From: Magnetospiraceae bacterium
GTDB lineage: Bacteria; Pseudomonadota; Alphaproteobacteria; Rhodospirillales; JBMYUJ01
Length of the DNA stretch: 64,000 nucleotides
Reading direction: 5' to 3'
NCBI GenBank assembly: GCA_049605255.1
Contig: JBMYUJ010000003.1
Span: forward strand, 5,063 to 69,062
In this document: positions 19,392-32,113 of the stretch, piece after piece
How positions within the stretch are numbered: position 1 is the stretch's first letter
How the letters are laid out: every line of letters begins with the position of its first letter
The notes under the pieces: model-generated
Database searches by the model: none
The model's input: the letters and a program-made list of their open reading frames with translations, nothing else
Told to the model about the DNA's origin: nothing
Made by a program: the position numbers and the translations under genes

Positions 19392-21452
19392 ATGCCCAAG
19401 CTGACCATTGATGGGACCGAGATCGAGGTCGACGCCGGTTTGACGGTGTTGCAGGCCTGCGAGGAAGCCGGTGTGGAAATCCCCCGCTTTTGCTACCACG
19501 AACGCCTGTCCATTGCGGGGAACTGCCGCATGTGCCTGGTGGAGATGGAGCGGGCGCCGAAGCTGATCGCGTCCTGCGCCATGCCCGTGGCCGAGGGCAT
19601 GGTGATCAAGACCAACAGCCCCAAGGTCAAGGAAGGCCGCGCCGGGGTGATGGAATTTCTGCTGGTCAACCATCCGCTGGATTGCCCGATCTGCGATCAG
19701 GGTGGGGAATGTGATTTGCAGGACCAGGCCCAGGCCTACGGCCAGTTCCATGGGCGTTTCCAGGAAATGAAGCGCACGGTGCCGGAAAAGGATTACGGCC
19801 CGCTGATCCGTGCCGTCATGACCCGCTGCATCCATTGCACCCGTTGCATCCGGTTCTGCGAACAGGTGGCCGGGACCCCGCAATTGGGTGGCATCGGTCG
19901 CGGCGAGCATATGGAGGTCACCGATTATGTGGGCGGCGCCATCGCGTCCGAGATGTCAGGCAATCTGGTGGATATCTGCCCCGTCGGCGCGCTGACCAGC
20001 ATCCCCTATCAGTTTCATGCCCGTCCGTGGGAATTGACCAAGACCCAGGGTGTGGATGTGTTTGACGCGGTGGGCGCCAATATCCGCATCGATACCCGGG
20101 GCAACGAGGTGATGCGGGTGATGCCACGCATCAACGAGGATGTTAACGAGGAATGGCTGGCCGATAAATCCCGGTTCGCGGTGGATGGTTTGAAACGTCA
20201 GCGGCTAGATAAGCCCTACCTGCGCAAGGACGGCAAATTGGCACCGGCCTCCTGGGATGACGCCTTTGCCGCCATTGCCGAGAAACTGAATGGCCTGGAC
20301 GGCAAGAAGATCGGCGCTCTGGTCGGGGATCAGGCGGATGCGGAATCCATGTTTGCCCTCAAGGAGCTGATGACCGCTCTGGGCTCGCCGAATCTGGACT
20401 GTCGGCAGGATGGTGCCGCGTTGGATGGCTCCGCGCGGGCCGGATATCTGTTCAATTCCACCATCGCCGGGATCGACGAAGCGGATGTGATATTGCTGGT
20501 GGGCACGAACCCTCGTTGGGAAGCCCCGGTGATCAATACCCGTATTCGCGGGCGCTACCTGCGCGGCGGGCTGACCGTTGGCGTGGTTGGCGCAATGCCG
20601 GACCTCAACTACAAGGCCGAGCATCTGGGCGATAGCCTGGAAGATTTCAGCAAGCTGGCCAACGGGCGCAGCAACTTTGCCAAAGCGCTGAAGGATGCCG
20701 AACGGCCCATGGTGATTCTGGGTACCGGTCCGCTCACCCGCCCCGATGGCGCGGCGGTGCTGGCCGAAGTACGCAGCGTTTGCGAAAGCCTGGGCGTCAT
20801 CAAGGATGGCTGGAACGGGTTCAATGTCCTGCAAATGGCGGCCTCGCGGGTGGCCGGACTGGATATGGGCTTCGTACCGGGCGCGGGTGGCCTGGATACC
20901 CAAGGCATCGTGGCCTCTGCCGGAGCGGGCGCCATCGAAGCGGTGTACCTGTTGGGCGCCGACGAGATCGACATGAGCGCGCTGGGCAAGGCTTTCGTGA
21001 TCTATCAGGGCCATCATGGGGATGCGGGCGCGCATCGGGCCGATGTGGTTTTGCCGGGCGCCGCGTATACAGAGAAAAATGGCACCTGGGTGAATACGGA
21101 GGGCCGCGTGCAGCGGGGCCTGAAGGCGGCGGTGCCGCCGGGCGAGGCCCGGGAAGATTGGGCGATCCTGCGGGCCTTGTCTGGCAAGCTGGGCAAGACG
21201 CTGCCTTACGACAGCCTGGACGCGCTGCGGGCCAAGCTGGTGGCGGATTATCCCACATTTGCCACGCTGGATACGGTGGCCGCGGCGCCGTGGGAAAGTT
21301 TTGGAACACCGGGGGATCTGGCCGGGGGTGTGCTGACCTCGCCGGTGCTGAACTACTACCAAACCGATCCGATCAGCCGGGTGTCGCCCACCATGGCGGC
21401 ATGCACGGCGGAATTTGTCGAGCAGGGGGGGAAGACAGGGACCGATGGCTGA
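19392..21452 (+). CDS. nuoG: NADH-quinone oxidoreductase subunit G
   Basis: The 686-aa product has N-terminal 2Fe-2S and 4Fe-4S motifs ([36 protein letters not shown]). Confidence 0.96.
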   Translation: MPKLTIDGTEIEVDAGLTVLQACEEAGVEIPRFCYHERLSIAGNCRMCLVEMERAPKLIASCAMPVAEGMVIKTNSPKVKEGRAGVMEFLLVNHPLDCPICDQGGECDLQDQAQAYGQFHGRFQEMKRTVPEKDYGPLIRAVMTRCIHCTRCIRFCEQVAGTPQLGGIGRGEHMEVTDYVGGAIASEMSGNLVDICPVGALTSIPYQFHARPWELTKTQGVDVFDAVGANIRIDTRGNEVMRVMPRINEDVNEEWLADKSRFAVDGLKRQRLDKPYLRKDGKLAPASWDDAFAAIAEKLNGLDGKKIGALVGDQADAESMFALKELMTALGSPNLDCRQDGAALDGSARAGYLFNSTIAGIDEADVILLVGTNPRWEAPVINTRIRGRYLRGGLTVGVVGAMPDLNYKAEHLGDSLEDFSKLANGRSNFAKALKDAERPMVILGTGPLTRPDGAAVLAEVRSVCESLGVIKDGWNGFNVLQMAASRVAGLDMGFVPGAGGLDTQGIVASAGAGAIEAVYLLGADEIDMSALGKAFVIYQGHHGDAGAHRADVVLPGAAYTEKNGTWVNTEGRVQRGLKAAVPPGEAREDWAILRALSGKLGKTLPYDSLDALRAKLVADYPTFATLDTVAAAPWESFGTPGDLAGGVLTSPVLNYYQTDPISRVSPTMAACTAEFVEQGGKTGTDG

Positions 21453-22449
21453 CTGGATTTTAGAACTGATCTGGACGGTTTTCCTGATCTTATTGATCGT
21501 GGTGCCGCTCCTCTTGTCGGTGGCCTACCTCACCTATGCGGAACGCAAGGTGATCAGCGCCATGCATCTGCGCAAGGGGCCGAACGTGGTGGGGCCGCTG
21601 GGCCTGTTACAGCCCATGGCGGACGGCGCCAAGCTGTTCTTCAAGGAAACCATCCTGCCGTCGCGGGCCAACAAGCCGGTGTTCATCATCGCGCCGATGT
21701 TGACCTTCATCCTGGCGTTGATCGGTTGGGCGGTGATTCCGTTCGGCGAAGGCATGGTGCTGGCCGATATCAATGTGGGCATCATGTATCTGTTCGCGGT
21801 TTCGGGCCTGGGTGTCTATGGCATCGCCATGGCCGGTTGGGCCTCCAACGCGCGCTATTCCTTCCTGGGGGGCATGCGCTCGGCGGCGCAGATGGTGTCT
21901 TACGAGGTCTCCATGGGCTTCGTGATCATTACCGTGTTGCTCTGCGTGGGCTCGCTCAACCTGTCGGACATCGTGATGGCGCAGAAGACCGTTTGGTTCT
22001 TCATTCCGCTGTTCCCCATGTTTATCATCTTCTTCATTTCCACCGTGGCGGAAACCAACCGGCATCCGTTTGACCTGCCGGAAGCGGAAGCGGAGCTGGT
22101 GGCGGGCTTCAATACGGAATATTCCGCCATGACCTTCGCCCTGTTCTTCCTGGGTGAATATGCGAACATGATCCTGATGTCGGGCATGACCACGATCCTG
22201 TTCCTGGGGGGCTGGTTGCCGCCCTTGGATATTGCACCGCTCAACTGGATCCCGGGTGTGATCTGGTTTGCGCTGAAGATCGCCTTCTGCCTGTTCGTCT
22301 TCATCTGGATCCGGGCCACCTTCCCGCGCTATCGCTACGATCAGTTGATGCGTCTGGGGTGGAAAGTTTTCCTGCCGATCTCGCTGGCGGCGGTGGTCAT
22401 CGTTTCGGGTTTCTTGGTGGCGTTCGATCTGACGCCGGTCGTTCAATAG
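21445..22449 (+). CDS. nuoH: NADH-quinone oxidoreductase subunit H
   Basis: The ATG at 21445 overlaps the nuoG end. The product has [19 protein letters not shown] and is a polytopic membrane protein. Confidence 0.95.
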   Translation: MADWILELIWTVFLILLIVVPLLLSVAYLTYAERKVISAMHLRKGPNVVGPLGLLQPMADGAKLFFKETILPSRANKPVFIIAPMLTFILALIGWAVIPFGEGMVLADINVGIMYLFAVSGLGVYGIAMAGWASNARYSFLGGMRSAAQMVSYEVSMGFVIITVLLCVGSLNLSDIVMAQKTVWFFIPLFPMFIIFFISTVAETNRHPFDLPEAEAELVAGFNTEYSAMTFALFFLGEYANMILMSGMTTILFLGGWLPPLDIAPLNWIPGVIWFALKIAFCLFVFIWIRATFPRYRYDQLMRLGWKVFLPISLAAVVIVSGFLVAFDLTPVVQ

Positions 22450-22468
22450 GGATTGGAAGAGAGCACAC

Positions 22469-22957
22469 ATGAGCATCATGCAACGCACTTTCCAGACCGT
22501 GTTCCTGTGGGAATTGGTACAGGGCATGGCCCTGACGCTGAAATATTTCTTCCGGCCCAAGGTCACCATCAATTATCCGTTCGAGCGCGGGCCGCTCAGC
22601 CCCCGGTTCAAGGGCGAACATGCCTTGCGGCGCTACCCCGGGGGGGAAGAGCGCTGCATCGCCTGTAAGCTGTGCGAAGCCGCCTGCCCGGCGCAGGCCA
22701 TCACCATCGAGGCGGAACCCCGCACCGATGGCAGCCGACGCACCACCCGGTACGATATCGACATGTGCAAATGCATCTATTGTGGCCTGTGCCAAGAGGC
22801 CTGCCCGGTGGATGCCATCGTTGAAGGACCGAATTTCGAGTTCGCCACGGAAACCCGGGAAGAGCTCATGTACAACAAGGAAAAACTGCTGGCCAACGGC
22901 GACCGCTGGGAAGCGGAGCTGGCGGCCCGGATCGAGGCGGACGCGCCTTACCGGTGA
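22469..22957 (+). CDS. nuoI: NADH-quinone oxidoreductase subunit I
   Basis: The product has two ferredoxin motifs, [12 protein letters not shown] and [12 protein letters not shown]. Confidence 0.96.
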   Translation: MSIMQRTFQTVFLWELVQGMALTLKYFFRPKVTINYPFERGPLSPRFKGEHALRRYPGGEERCIACKLCEAACPAQAITIEAEPRTDGSRRTTRYDIDMCKCIYCGLCQEACPVDAIVEGPNFEFATETREELMYNKEKLLANGDRWEAELAARIEADAPYR

Positions 22958-23018
22958 GCGGATACGGAACGAAACCTTTACGCCAAGGAAACGGGCGGGC
23001 GGGCCCAGAGGGGATGAC

Positions 23019-23630
23019 ATGATATTTCAGGCGTTGATCTTTTATTTATTTGCCGGGATTACCATCGCATCGGCGGTCATGGTGATCAGCGCCCGGAACC
23101 CGGTGCATTCCGTTCTGTTCCTGATTCTCGCTTTCTTTAATGCGGCGGGCCTGTTCATCCTGCTGGGCGCCGAATTCTTGGCGATGATCCTGGTGGTGGT
23201 TTATGTGGGCGCGGTCGCGGTATTGTTCTTGTTTGTGGTGATGATGCTGGATATCAGCTTCGTGCAGCTGCGCGAAGGGGTGCATCAATATCTACCCATC
23301 GGCGGGCTGATTGCCATCGTGATCGTGGCGGAGGTCCTGGTGGCCCTCAGCGGTTGGCATTTCTCGGCAGAGAACGCCCATTTCGGCGCGCCAACCCCGG
23401 CCATGGATCAGGTGCATAACACCGCCGCACTCGGCCAGCTGGTCTATACCCATTACATCTATTTGTTCCAGGCGGCAGGTCTGATCTTGTTGGTGGCCAT
23501 GATCGGCGCCATCGTGCTGACCCACCGCAAGCGGCCCGGCGTGCGCAAACAGAACATCAACACGCAGGTCAATACCCGGGCGGAGGAAGTGGTGAAAGTG
23601 CGTAAGATTCAACCGGGGAGTGGCGTGTAA
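23019..23630 (+). CDS. nuoJ: NADH-quinone oxidoreductase subunit J
   Basis: The internal ATG at 23019 gives [37 protein letters not shown]. The upstream part of the 22620 ORF overlaps nuoI out of frame. Confidence 0.9.
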   Translation: MIFQALIFYLFAGITIASAVMVISARNPVHSVLFLILAFFNAAGLFILLGAEFLAMILVVVYVGAVAVLFLFVVMMLDISFVQLREGVHQYLPIGGLIAIVIVAEVLVALSGWHFSAENAHFGAPTPAMDQVHNTAALGQLVYTHYIYLFQAAGLILLVAMIGAIVLTHRKRPGVRKQNINTQVNTRAEEVVKVRKIQPGSGV

Positions 23631-23632
23631 CC

Positions 23633-23941
23633 ATGGAAATCGGCCTGTACCATTACCTGACGGTTGCCGCGATCCTGTTCGCGCTCGGCGTACTGGGTAT
23701 CTTTGTCAACCGCAAGAACGTGATCGTCATCCTGATGTCGGTTGAACTGATCTTGCTGGCGGTGAATATCAATCTGGTGTCCTTTTCCAGCTTCCTGGGG
23801 GATCTGGTGGGGCAAGTGTTCACCATGTTCATCCTGACCGTGGCCGCCGCCGAGGCCGCTATCGGCCTGGCCATCTTGGTGGTCTTCTTCCGCAACCGCG
23901 GCAGTATCGCGGTTGAAGATATCAACGCGATGAAGGGGTAG
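23633..23941 (+). CDS. nuoK: NADH-quinone oxidoreductase subunit K
   Basis: The 102-aa 3-TM protein ends with [21 protein letters not shown]. Confidence 0.95.
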   Translation: MEIGLYHYLTVAAILFALGVLGIFVNRKNVIVILMSVELILLAVNINLVSFSSFLGDLVGQVFTMFILTVAAAEAAIGLAILVVFFRNRGSIAVEDINAMKG

Positions 23942-23950
23942 GGCGCGCCC

Positions 23951-25897
23951 ATGTATGCATTAATCGTCTTTTCGCCGCTGCTCACCGCCGCCATCGCCGG
24001 CTTGTTGGCGCTGTTTTCGCCGACGGAGGAGCATAAAAAACATCAGTTCGATACGCTGGCCCAGTACTTGACCAGCGGTGGCCTGCTGTTCTCCTGCGCC
24101 TTATCCATTGCCGCCTTCATCGATGTGGGGCTGAACGGCAACGCGCAGACCATCAATATCTTGACCTGGGTGCAATCCGGCGGCCTGGATGTGAATTGGG
24201 CCCTGCGGTTCGATACCCTGACCGTGGTCATGCTGATCGTGGTCACCGGCGTGTCCTCCATGGTGCATATCTATTCCATCGGCTACATGCATCACGACCC
24301 GGATGTGCCCCGGTTTATGTGTTATCTCAGCCTGTTCACCTTCTTCATGCTGATGCTGGTGACCGGCGATAACCTGTTGCAACTGTTCTTCGGTTGGGAA
24401 GGGGTGGGGCTCGCCTCCTATCTGCTGATCGGGTTCTGGTACAAAAAGCCGTCGGCCAATGCGGCGGCGATCAAGGCCTTCCTGGTCAACCGGGTCGGCG
24501 ATTTCGGCTTCGCGTTGGGCATTTTCGCCACCTTCGTGCTGTTCGATACCATCGATTACACCGCGATTTTTGATAGCGCCGAAAGCATGAAGGATGCGAC
24601 CTTCGTGATCTTCGGGATCGAAGTGCATGCGCTGACCGCTACCTGCCTGCTGTTGTTCGTGGGCGCCATGGGCAAATCGGCGCAATTGGGGCTGCATACC
24701 TGGCTGCCGGACGCCATGGAAGGCCCGACCCCGGTGTCCGCCCTGATCCACGCCGCGACCATGGTGACCGCCGGTGTGTTCATGGTGGCGCGCCTGTCAC
24801 CCCTGTTTGAATATTCCGACACGGCGTTGACGGTGGTGACCTTCGTCGGCGCGACCACGGCCTTCTTCGCGGCGACCGTGGGCTTGGTGCAAAACGATAT
24901 CAAGCGGGTAATCGCCTATTCCACCTGTTCCCAGCTGGGCTACATGTTCTTTGCCTGTGGGGTTTCCGCTTATTCCGCGGGGATCTTCCACCTGATGACC
25001 CACGGTTTTTTCAAGGCGCTATTGTTCCTGGGCGCGGGTTCGGTGATCCACGCCATGTCTGACGAACAAGACATGCGCAAGATGGGGGGTATCTGGAAAA
25101 AGATCCCGCAAACCTATGTGCTGATGTGGATCGGCAGCCTGGCCTTGGGCGGGGTGTTCCCCTTCGCCGGCTATTATTCCAAGGATATCGTGCTGGAGGC
25201 CGCCTACGCGGCGCATACGCCGGTGGGCACCTATGCCTTCTGGCTCGGCATTCTCGCCGCCTTCATGACGGCCTTCTATTCCTGGCGGCTGTTGTTGATG
25301 ACGTTCCACGGGGCGCCCCGGGCCGATGATGTGGTGATGGCCCATGTGCATGAATCGCCCAAGGTTATGATCGGTCCGCTGATCCCGCTTGCCATTGGCG
25401 CGGTGGTTGCCGGGTTCCTGGCTTATGACCTTTTCGTCGGCCACGATGCAGAGCAATTCTGGAACGGTGCCATTCTGATCCTTCCTGAACATCAGGCTTT
25501 GGAGCATGCCCACCATGTGACGGCCTGGGTGAAGTTCCTGCCCCTGGTCATGGGCCTTTCGGGGATCGGGCTTGCCTATGTGATGTATCTGCTGGCGCCC
25601 AGTCTGCCCGGCATACTGGCCAACAACCTGCGGGGCGTTTACCAGTTCATCTTGAACAAATGGTATTTCGACGAGCTGTATGACTTCCTGTTCGTGCGCC
25701 CGGCCATGGTGATCGGTCGGGGCCTGTGGAAGGGCGGCGATGGCGCGGTGATTGACGGTGTGGGGCCGGATGGCATCGCGGCGGCAACGCGCAATATCGC
25801 GGGCCGGGTGGCCCGTTGGCAAAGCGGCTATCTCTACCACTACGCCTTCGTGATGGTGATCGGTTTCACGGTCCTGATCACGCTGTATTTGATCTAG
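23951..25897 (+). CDS. nuoL: NADH-quinone oxidoreductase subunit L
   Basis: The 648-aa antiporter-like subunit contains [15 protein letters not shown] and [32 protein letters not shown]. Confidence 0.96.
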   Translation: MYALIVFSPLLTAAIAGLLALFSPTEEHKKHQFDTLAQYLTSGGLLFSCALSIAAFIDVGLNGNAQTINILTWVQSGGLDVNWALRFDTLTVVMLIVVTGVSSMVHIYSIGYMHHDPDVPRFMCYLSLFTFFMLMLVTGDNLLQLFFGWEGVGLASYLLIGFWYKKPSANAAAIKAFLVNRVGDFGFALGIFATFVLFDTIDYTAIFDSAESMKDATFVIFGIEVHALTATCLLLFVGAMGKSAQLGLHTWLPDAMEGPTPVSALIHAATMVTAGVFMVARLSPLFEYSDTALTVVTFVGATTAFFAATVGLVQNDIKRVIAYSTCSQLGYMFFACGVSAYSAGIFHLMTHGFFKALLFLGAGSVIHAMSDEQDMRKMGGIWKKIPQTYVLMWIGSLALGGVFPFAGYYSKDIVLEAAYAAHTPVGTYAFWLGILAAFMTAFYSWRLLLMTFHGAPRADDVVMAHVHESPKVMIGPLIPLAIGAVVAGFLAYDLFVGHDAEQFWNGAILILPEHQALEHAHHVTAWVKFLPLVMGLSGIGLAYVMYLLAPSLPGILANNLRGVYQFILNKWYFDELYDFLFVRPAMVIGRGLWKGGDGAVIDGVGPDGIAAATRNIAGRVARWQSGYLYHYAFVMVIGFTVLITLYLI

Positions 25898-25910
25898 GGG
25901 TTCGAGCGAC

Positions 25911-27425
25911 ATGGAAAACTTGCCTATCCTGTCCGTTGTGACGTTCCTGCCCCTGCTGGGCGCCACCTTCATCCTGCAGATTCGGGGTGACGAACAGATG
26001 GTGGCGCAAAACGCCCGGGGCGTCGCTTTGTGGACGACCCTGGTGGTCTTCGTGCTGTCTCTGTTTATTTGGGCCGCGTTTGATCCCAGCACTGCCGAGT
26101 TCCAGTTTGAAGAGCGCGCCAGTTGGATCCCCACCTATGGCATCGAATACCATATGGGTGTGGACGGCATTTCCATGTTCTTCGTGCTGTTGTCCACTTT
26201 CCTGATGCCGCTTTGTATCTTGTCGAGCTGGAAAGCCATCACCAAGAACGTGAAGGAATACATGGTCGCCTTTCTGATCTTGGAGACCATGATGGTGGGC
26301 ATGTTCTGTGCCCTGGATTTCATCCTGTTCTATATTTTCTTCGAGGCAGTGCTGATCCCCATGTTCCTGATCATCGGGGTGTGGGGCGGTCCGCGCCGGG
26401 TCTATTCAGCGTTTAAGTTCTTTCTGTATACGCTGCTGGGCTCCGTGCTCATGCTGCTGGCTATCTTCGCCGTCTATTTCGAGGCGGGTACCACGGATGT
26501 GACCAAGCTGCTGACATATGATTTCCCCTATCAGCTGCAAATCTGGTTGTGGTTGGCCTGTTTCGCTTCCTTCGCGGTGAAGGTCCCCATGTGGCCTGTG
26601 CATACCTGGCTGCCGGACGCCCACGTGGAAGCGCCGACGGCGGGCTCCGTGATCCTGGCCGGGGTGCTGTTGAAAATGGGCGGCTACGGGTTCTTGCGGT
26701 TCTCCATCCCCATGTTCCCCCTGGCGACGGCGGATTTCGTGCCGCTGGTCTATACCTTGTCCATCATTGCGGTGGTCTATACCTCCCTGGTCGCCCTGGC
26801 CCAGGAGGATATGAAGAAGCTGATCGCTTATTCCTCGGTGGCGCATATGGGCTTTGTGACCATCGGTGCCTTTACCCTGACGGTAAATGGCGTGGAGGGC
26901 GCGATCTTCCAGATGCTCAGCCACGGCGTGGTTTCCGCTGCGTTGTTCCTTGTCGTGGGCGTGGTGTATGACCGCATCCATTCCCGCGACATTGCCATGT
27001 ATGGCGGCCTGGTGCATCGCATGCCCGGCTATGCGCTGGTGTTCATGATATTCATGCTGGCCTCTGTTGGCTTGCCGGGGACGGCCGGGTTCGTTGGCGA
27101 GTTCCTGATCCTGCTCGGCGCCTTCCAGGATAACACCTGGGTGGCCGCGTTGGCCGCGACAGGGCTGATTCTGGGCGCTGCGTACATGCTGTACCTCTAT
27201 CGTCGGGTGATTTTCGGCGAACTGACCAAGGATCACCTGAAAGCCATCACCGACCTGACGAAGCGGGAGGTGATCGTGTTCGCGCCGCTGATCATCGTCA
27301 CCATCTGGATGGGGGTGTATCCCAGTTCCTTCCTGGATGTGATGCATGTATCGGTCGAGAATTTGGTGACCAATTACCACGCCGCTGTGGACGCGGCACG
27401 GTCCACGATCCTTGTGGCCCGGTAA
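25911..27425 (+). CDS. nuoM: NADH-quinone oxidoreductase subunit M
   Basis: The 504-aa antiporter-like subunit contains [25 protein letters not shown]. Confidence 0.96.
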   Translation: MENLPILSVVTFLPLLGATFILQIRGDEQMVAQNARGVALWTTLVVFVLSLFIWAAFDPSTAEFQFEERASWIPTYGIEYHMGVDGISMFFVLLSTFLMPLCILSSWKAITKNVKEYMVAFLILETMMVGMFCALDFILFYIFFEAVLIPMFLIIGVWGGPRRVYSAFKFFLYTLLGSVLMLLAIFAVYFEAGTTDVTKLLTYDFPYQLQIWLWLACFASFAVKVPMWPVHTWLPDAHVEAPTAGSVILAGVLLKMGGYGFLRFSIPMFPLATADFVPLVYTLSIIAVVYTSLVALAQEDMKKLIAYSSVAHMGFVTIGAFTLTVNGVEGAIFQMLSHGVVSAALFLVVGVVYDRIHSRDIAMYGGLVHRMPGYALVFMIFMLASVGLPGTAGFVGEFLILLGAFQDNTWVAALAATGLILGAAYMLYLYRRVIFGELTKDHLKAITDLTKREVIVFAPLIIVTIWMGVYPSSFLDVMHVSVENLVTNYHAAVDAARSTILVAR

Positions 27426-27440
27426 GGAGACGAGAGAGCC

Positions 27441-28892
27441 ATGCCCTTAGCGGAAGTCCCCAATATCGTTCCGGCGCTGCCCGAGCTATTTCTCGCCATC
27501 GTCTCCATGGTTATGTTGATCATGGGTACCTTCCAGAAGCAAAAAGATGGCGCCCTTGGCGTGGCCATGGTCGGCACCATCTCCCTGATCCTGGCCATGG
27601 TGCTGGTGGCCTTCTTTGGCTTCAAGGAAGCGGAAACCTTTAACGGCATGTTTGTCACCAATAACTTCATTGGCTACGCGAAGTTGCTGGTGCTGACGGC
27701 CAGTACTTTGGCGCTGTATCTGGCCTTTGGTGATCTGCGGGCCGCCGGGAACGAACGGTACGAATATTCCGTGCTGATCGTGCTGGCGACGCTGGGCATG
27801 ATGTTGATGGTCTCTGCAGACGATTTGATCGCCCTTTATATGGGCCTGGAACTGCAGAGTTTGTCGCTCTATGTGCTGGCGGCGCATCAGCGCGACGTGC
27901 TGCGCTCGTCCGAAGCGGGGGTGAAGTATTTCGTGCTCGGCGCCCTGGCCTCCGGCATGCTGCTCTATGGCGCCTCCCTGGTTTATGGCTTTACCGGCAC
28001 CACCAGTTTTGACACCCTGGCCGAGCAGTTCTCCCACGGCCATGTGCAAACCGGTGTGATCGTCGGCTTGGTGTTCATGATCGTGGGGCTCGCGTTCAAG
28101 GTCTCCGCCGTGCCGTTCCACATGTGGACGCCGGATGTGTATGAAGGCGCGCCAACCCCGGTCACTGCGTTCTTCGCCGTGGCCCCGAAAATGGCCGCAA
28201 TTACACTGTTCGTGCGTGTTCTGATGGATCCCTTCGGGCCGCTGGTGGGCGAGTGGCAACAGGTGGTGATCGTCATTTCCGGCGCCTCCATGGTGCTCGG
28301 CGCCTTTGCCGCCATTGCTCAACGCAATATTAAACGGCTGATGGCCTACAGCTCCATCGGCCATGTGGGCTATGCGCTGATCGGTTTGGCTACCGGCACG
28401 GTAGGCGGCGTGCGCGGCATCATGGTCTATATGGCCATCTATATCTTCATGAACCTGGGTGCTTTCGCCTGCATCATCGCCATGCGCCGCGGTGGCAAGC
28501 CGGTGGAACAGATCGATGATTTGGCGGGTCTTTCTAAAAACCAGCCTCTGATGGCCGCCGCCATGGCCGCCTTCATGTTTTCCATGGCGGGTATCCCGCC
28601 GCTGGCCGGGTTCTTCGGCAAGCTCTATGTGTTCATCTCGGCCATCGAGGCAGGCCTCTATGGCCTGGCGGTGATCGGTGTGCTGTCTAGCGTAGTCGGT
28701 GCGTTCTATTACATGCGGATCATCAAGATCATGTATTTCGATGAGCCCGCCGATGCCTTCGATCGGCCCATGGCACCGGAAGTTCAGTTGGTGTTGATTG
28801 CCGCTGCGGCGGTGGTGTTACTGTTCTTCGCCTATCCCGATCCGATACTGAACGGCGCGGCGGTGGCGGCACAAACACTGGTTGCCAAATAG
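27441..28892 (+). CDS. nuoN: NADH-quinone oxidoreductase subunit N
   Basis: The 483-aa antiporter-like subunit contains KVSAVPFHMWTPDVYEGAPTPVTAF and is the last nuo gene. Confidence 0.95.
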   Translation: MPLAEVPNIVPALPELFLAIVSMVMLIMGTFQKQKDGALGVAMVGTISLILAMVLVAFFGFKEAETFNGMFVTNNFIGYAKLLVLTASTLALYLAFGDLRAAGNERYEYSVLIVLATLGMMLMVSADDLIALYMGLELQSLSLYVLAAHQRDVLRSSEAGVKYFVLGALASGMLLYGASLVYGFTGTTSFDTLAEQFSHGHVQTGVIVGLVFMIVGLAFKVSAVPFHMWTPDVYEGAPTPVTAFFAVAPKMAAITLFVRVLMDPFGPLVGEWQQVVIVISGASMVLGAFAAIAQRNIKRLMAYSSIGHVGYALIGLATGTVGGVRGIMVYMAIYIFMNLGAFACIIAMRRGGKPVEQIDDLAGLSKNQPLMAAAMAAFMFSMAGIPPLAGFFGKLYVFISAIEAGLYGLAVIGVLSSVVGAFYYMRIIKIMYFDEPADAFDRPMAPEVQLVLIAAAAVVLLFFAYPDPILNGAAVAAQTLVAK

Positions 28893-29652
28893 GGTGGCTT
28901 CCCTGCCACCCGGCTATGCCCTCACGGCATTGGACCGGGTCGATAGCACCAGCGCCGAGGCCCATCGCCGCGCGCTGGACGGGGCGCCCGATGGCACGGT
29001 TATTTTCGCCAATAGCCAAGATAGTGGCCGGGGGCGTCGGGGCCGGGCCTGGGAATCCCCCCCGGGTAATCTTTATTGCAGTCTGATTCTGCGGCCTGCG
29101 GCGCCACTTAAGCATTGGCCTAATCTCAGTTTCATCGCCGCCTTGGCTGTCGCTGATACCTTGGATAAGGTCCTCGGGTTCCCGGATTTCGCCCGCTGTA
29201 AATGGCCCAATGATGTGTTGCTGGACGGCGCCAAAGTGGCGGGTATTTTACTCGAAACCGCCGGTTTGCCGCAGGCACCTTGTGTGATCCTGGGTATAGG
29301 TATCAATGTCTTGCACCATCCGGAGGACACCCCTTATCCGGCGACGGCTTTGTCCAAATTTGGCGTGGAGAAGACTGCCCGTGCGATTACGGAAGATCTG
29401 ATCGGCGCGCTGGACACCTGGCGCAAGCGGTGGGAGCGGGACGGGTTCGGCGGCATTCGCAATGCCTGGGTGGCCCGTGCCGTCAATCTGGGGGAGCGGA
29501 TTGTGGTGCGCACCGCCGATCAGGAACTGCATGGGACCTTCCTGGACCTGGATCCAGAAGGGGCTCTGATTTTGGAATGCCAGGGAAAAAAGCAATTGAT
29601 CACAGCGGGCGATGTGTTTGCCGAGGGAGGGCGCCATGCTTCTCGCCATTGA
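28882..29652 (+). CDS. birA: Biotin--[acetyl-CoA-carboxylase] ligase
   Basis: The product has the QDSGRGRRGRAW biotin-binding loop, KWPNDV and GIGIN. The start is uncertain: TTG at 28882 overlapping nuoN, or GTG at 28894. Confidence 0.8.
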   Translation: MPNRVASLPPGYALTALDRVDSTSAEAHRRALDGAPDGTVIFANSQDSGRGRRGRAWESPPGNLYCSLILRPAAPLKHWPNLSFIAALAVADTLDKVLGFPDFARCKWPNDVLLDGAKVAGILLETAGLPQAPCVILGIGINVLHHPEDTPYPATALSKFGVEKTARAITEDLIGALDTWRKRWERDGFGGIRNAWVARAVNLGERIVVRTADQELHGTFLDLDPEGALILECQGKKQLITAGDVFAEGGRHASRH

Positions 29653-30409
29653 TTCGGGAAACACCAATATCGTTTTTTCGGTTTTCGATGCCGCCGGGGC
29701 CGTTCTCGGGGAGTGGCGCAGCTCGGCGGCCAATGTGCGCACAGCGGATGAATTTGGCGTCTGGCTGACTCAGCTCATGGGGCTCGCGGGCATTGATTAC
29801 AAAGCCATCGATGCGGCGATCATCGCTACGGTGGTGCCCGCGAACCTGTTTGACCTGAAAACCCTGTGCAGCCGGTATTTCGGTTGCCAAGCCTTGGTCA
29901 TTGGCGATCCTGCCGTCGATCTCGGCATTGAGGTTCTGGTGGATAACCCGGAGGAAGTCGGCGCCGACCGGTTGGTCAACGCCGTGGGGGGGCATATCAA
30001 TTATAAAGGCGATTTGATCGTTTTGGATTTCGGCACTGCGACCACCTTCGACGTGGTGGATGCCGGGGGAAACTATCGGGGCGGCGTGATCGCACCGGGG
30101 ATCAACCTCTCTATCGAGGCCCTGCACCAGGCGGCGGCAAAGCTGCCCCGCATCGCCATTCGGCGCCCGGAAAAAGTGATCGGCACAGGCACCATCACCG
30201 CCATGCAATCGGGCGTGTTTTATGGTTATGTGGGGATGATCGAAGGCATGGTGGCCCGGATCAAGGCGGAGTACAATGCGCCGATGACCGTGATCGCCAC
30301 AGGTGGTCTGGCCGCCCTTTTCGATGAGGCGACCAAAGTTATTGATGCGGTGGAACCCCATCTGACCCTTTTCGGCCTTTATGCCATCTACCGCCGCAAT
30401 ACCGGCTAA
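29636..30409 (+). CDS. coaX: Type III pantothenate kinase
   Basis: The ATG at 29636 gives MLLAIDSGNTNIVF. The product also has GADR and DFGTATTFD and belongs to the acetate/sugar kinase fold. Confidence 0.9.
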   Translation: MLLAIDSGNTNIVFSVFDAAGAVLGEWRSSAANVRTADEFGVWLTQLMGLAGIDYKAIDAAIIATVVPANLFDLKTLCSRYFGCQALVIGDPAVDLGIEVLVDNPEEVGADRLVNAVGGHINYKGDLIVLDFGTATTFDVVDAGGNYRGGVIAPGINLSIEALHQAAAKLPRIAIRRPEKVIGTGTITAMQSGVFYGYVGMIEGMVARIKAEYNAPMTVIATGGLAALFDEATKVIDAVEPHLTLFGLYAIYRRNTG

Positions 30410-30421
30410 TGGGATGAGTTC

Positions 30422-32113
30422 ATGACAGCTCATGATAACGTAGCGCCCGACGGCCCGGAACTGCTCTATGTCCCCCTGGGGGGCACCGGTGAGATTGGCA
30501 TGAATCTTGGCCTCTATGGCTATGGCAGTGCCGATGGCCACCGCTGGTTGATGGTCGATTGCGGCATCACCTTTGGGGATGATACCACACCGGGGGTGGA
30601 GATCATTCTCCCCGATCCCAGCTTCATCGCCGAACGTGCCGACCGATTGGAAGGTTTGCTGTTGACCCATGGCCATGAAGACCATCTCGGCGCCATTCCT
30701 TACCTGTGGCGGCGGTTTCGCTGCCCCATCTATGCCACCCCGTTTACCGCCGGGCTGCTCCGCCGCAAGCTGGAGGATGCCAAGCTGGCAAACGAAGTGC
30801 CGCTGCATGTGATCGATCTGAAATCCCGTCTCAAGATCGGACCATTTGATCTGCAGATGATTACGGTGACCCATTCCATCCCCGAGGCCAATTCGGTGGT
30901 GATTCGCACGCCCGTGGGCACGGCGGTGCATTCCGGCGATTGGAAATTCGATCCCGATCCGGTGATTGGGGAGGTGAGCGATCTGGAGGCCCTCGCCAAG
31001 GTGGGGAACGAAGGCGTCCACGCTTTCATTTGCGATTCCACCAATGTGCTGAACGAAAAGCGCAGTGGGTCGGAGGGCGCATTGCTGGAGACCCTGACCA
31101 ATGTCATTTCCCGCCATAAAAAGAAGGTGGCAGTGGCCTGCTTTGCCACCAACGTGGCGCGGCTGAATACCATCGCCAAGGCGGCGCGGGCCAATGGGCG
31201 GGAGGTGGCGCTGTTCGGCCGATCGCTCTGGCGCCTGCTGGCGGTGGCCAAGGAAAATGGCTATGTGGCCGGGCTTCCCAATTTCATCAAGGAATCCGAA
31301 GCCGGCTATATTCCCGATGAAAAATTGCTGGTGGTCTGCACCGGCAGCCAGGGTGAACCCCGGGCGGCCCTGTCGCGCATCGCGCGGGGGGAACATCCCC
31401 ATCTGTCCCTCGGGCGGGGGGATGCGGTGATCTTTTCGTCTCGGGTGATTCCCGGCAATGAGCGGGCCATTGGCCGCCTGCAAAATCAGTTGGTGGAAAA
31501 ATCTGTTTCCCTGATCACCTGGAAGGACGATTTCATCCATGTGTCCGGCCATCCCAGCGCGCCCGAAATGCGGGAGATGTATGGCCTGCTGCGGCCCCGG
31601 ATCGCCGTGCCCCAACATGGGGAATCCCGCCATCTGCTGGCCCATGCGGCACTTGCCACCGAGATGGGGGCAGAGCAAGTCGTGGTCATCGGCGATGGCG
31701 ATATCCTGCGCCTCGCGCCCGGCCCGGCGGAGGTGGTGGATAGCGCGCCCGTGGGCCGTTTGACGCTGGAGGGCAACCGCATCGCGGCTCTGGATAGTGA
31801 AATTCATATGGGGCGCAAACGGGCGCTCTATAACGGCCATGTGGTGATGACCGTGGTGGTGGATAAAAATGGCGATATCCTGGGAACGCCGCAGATGACG
31901 ACCCAGGGCCTGTTGGACGAAGAAATCGCCGACGATGCAGAGATTGCCGCCCAGGTGCTGGACGCGGTGAGCCATGCGGCGGATAAGTTGAAGCGGGCGG
32001 AACGCCGGGACGACGCCATCCTTGCCGAGGCCCTGCGCATCGCCGTGCGCCGCGCCTTTAGAACCAGCCTCGACAAACGCCCGGTCACGAAGATCCATCT
32101 CGTGCGGGTTTAA
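30422..32113 (+). CDS. rnj: Ribonuclease J (metallo-beta-lactamase / beta-CASP)
   Basis: The 563-aa product has the THGHEDHLGA motif and a beta-CASP region ending HVSGHPS. Confidence 0.9.
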   Translation: MTAHDNVAPDGPELLYVPLGGTGEIGMNLGLYGYGSADGHRWLMVDCGITFGDDTTPGVEIILPDPSFIAERADRLEGLLLTHGHEDHLGAIPYLWRRFRCPIYATPFTAGLLRRKLEDAKLANEVPLHVIDLKSRLKIGPFDLQMITVTHSIPEANSVVIRTPVGTAVHSGDWKFDPDPVIGEVSDLEALAKVGNEGVHAFICDSTNVLNEKRSGSEGALLETLTNVISRHKKKVAVACFATNVARLNTIAKAARANGREVALFGRSLWRLLAVAKENGYVAGLPNFIKESEAGYIPDEKLLVVCTGSQGEPRAALSRIARGEHPHLSLGRGDAVIFSSRVIPGNERAIGRLQNQLVEKSVSLITWKDDFIHVSGHPSAPEMREMYGLLRPRIAVPQHGESRHLLAHAALATEMGAEQVVVIGDGDILRLAPGPAEVVDSAPVGRLTLEGNRIAALDSEIHMGRKRALYNGHVVMTVVVDKNGDILGTPQMTTQGLLDEEIADDAEIAAQVLDAVSHAADKLKRAERRDDAILAEALRIAVRRAFRTSLDKRPVTKIHLVRV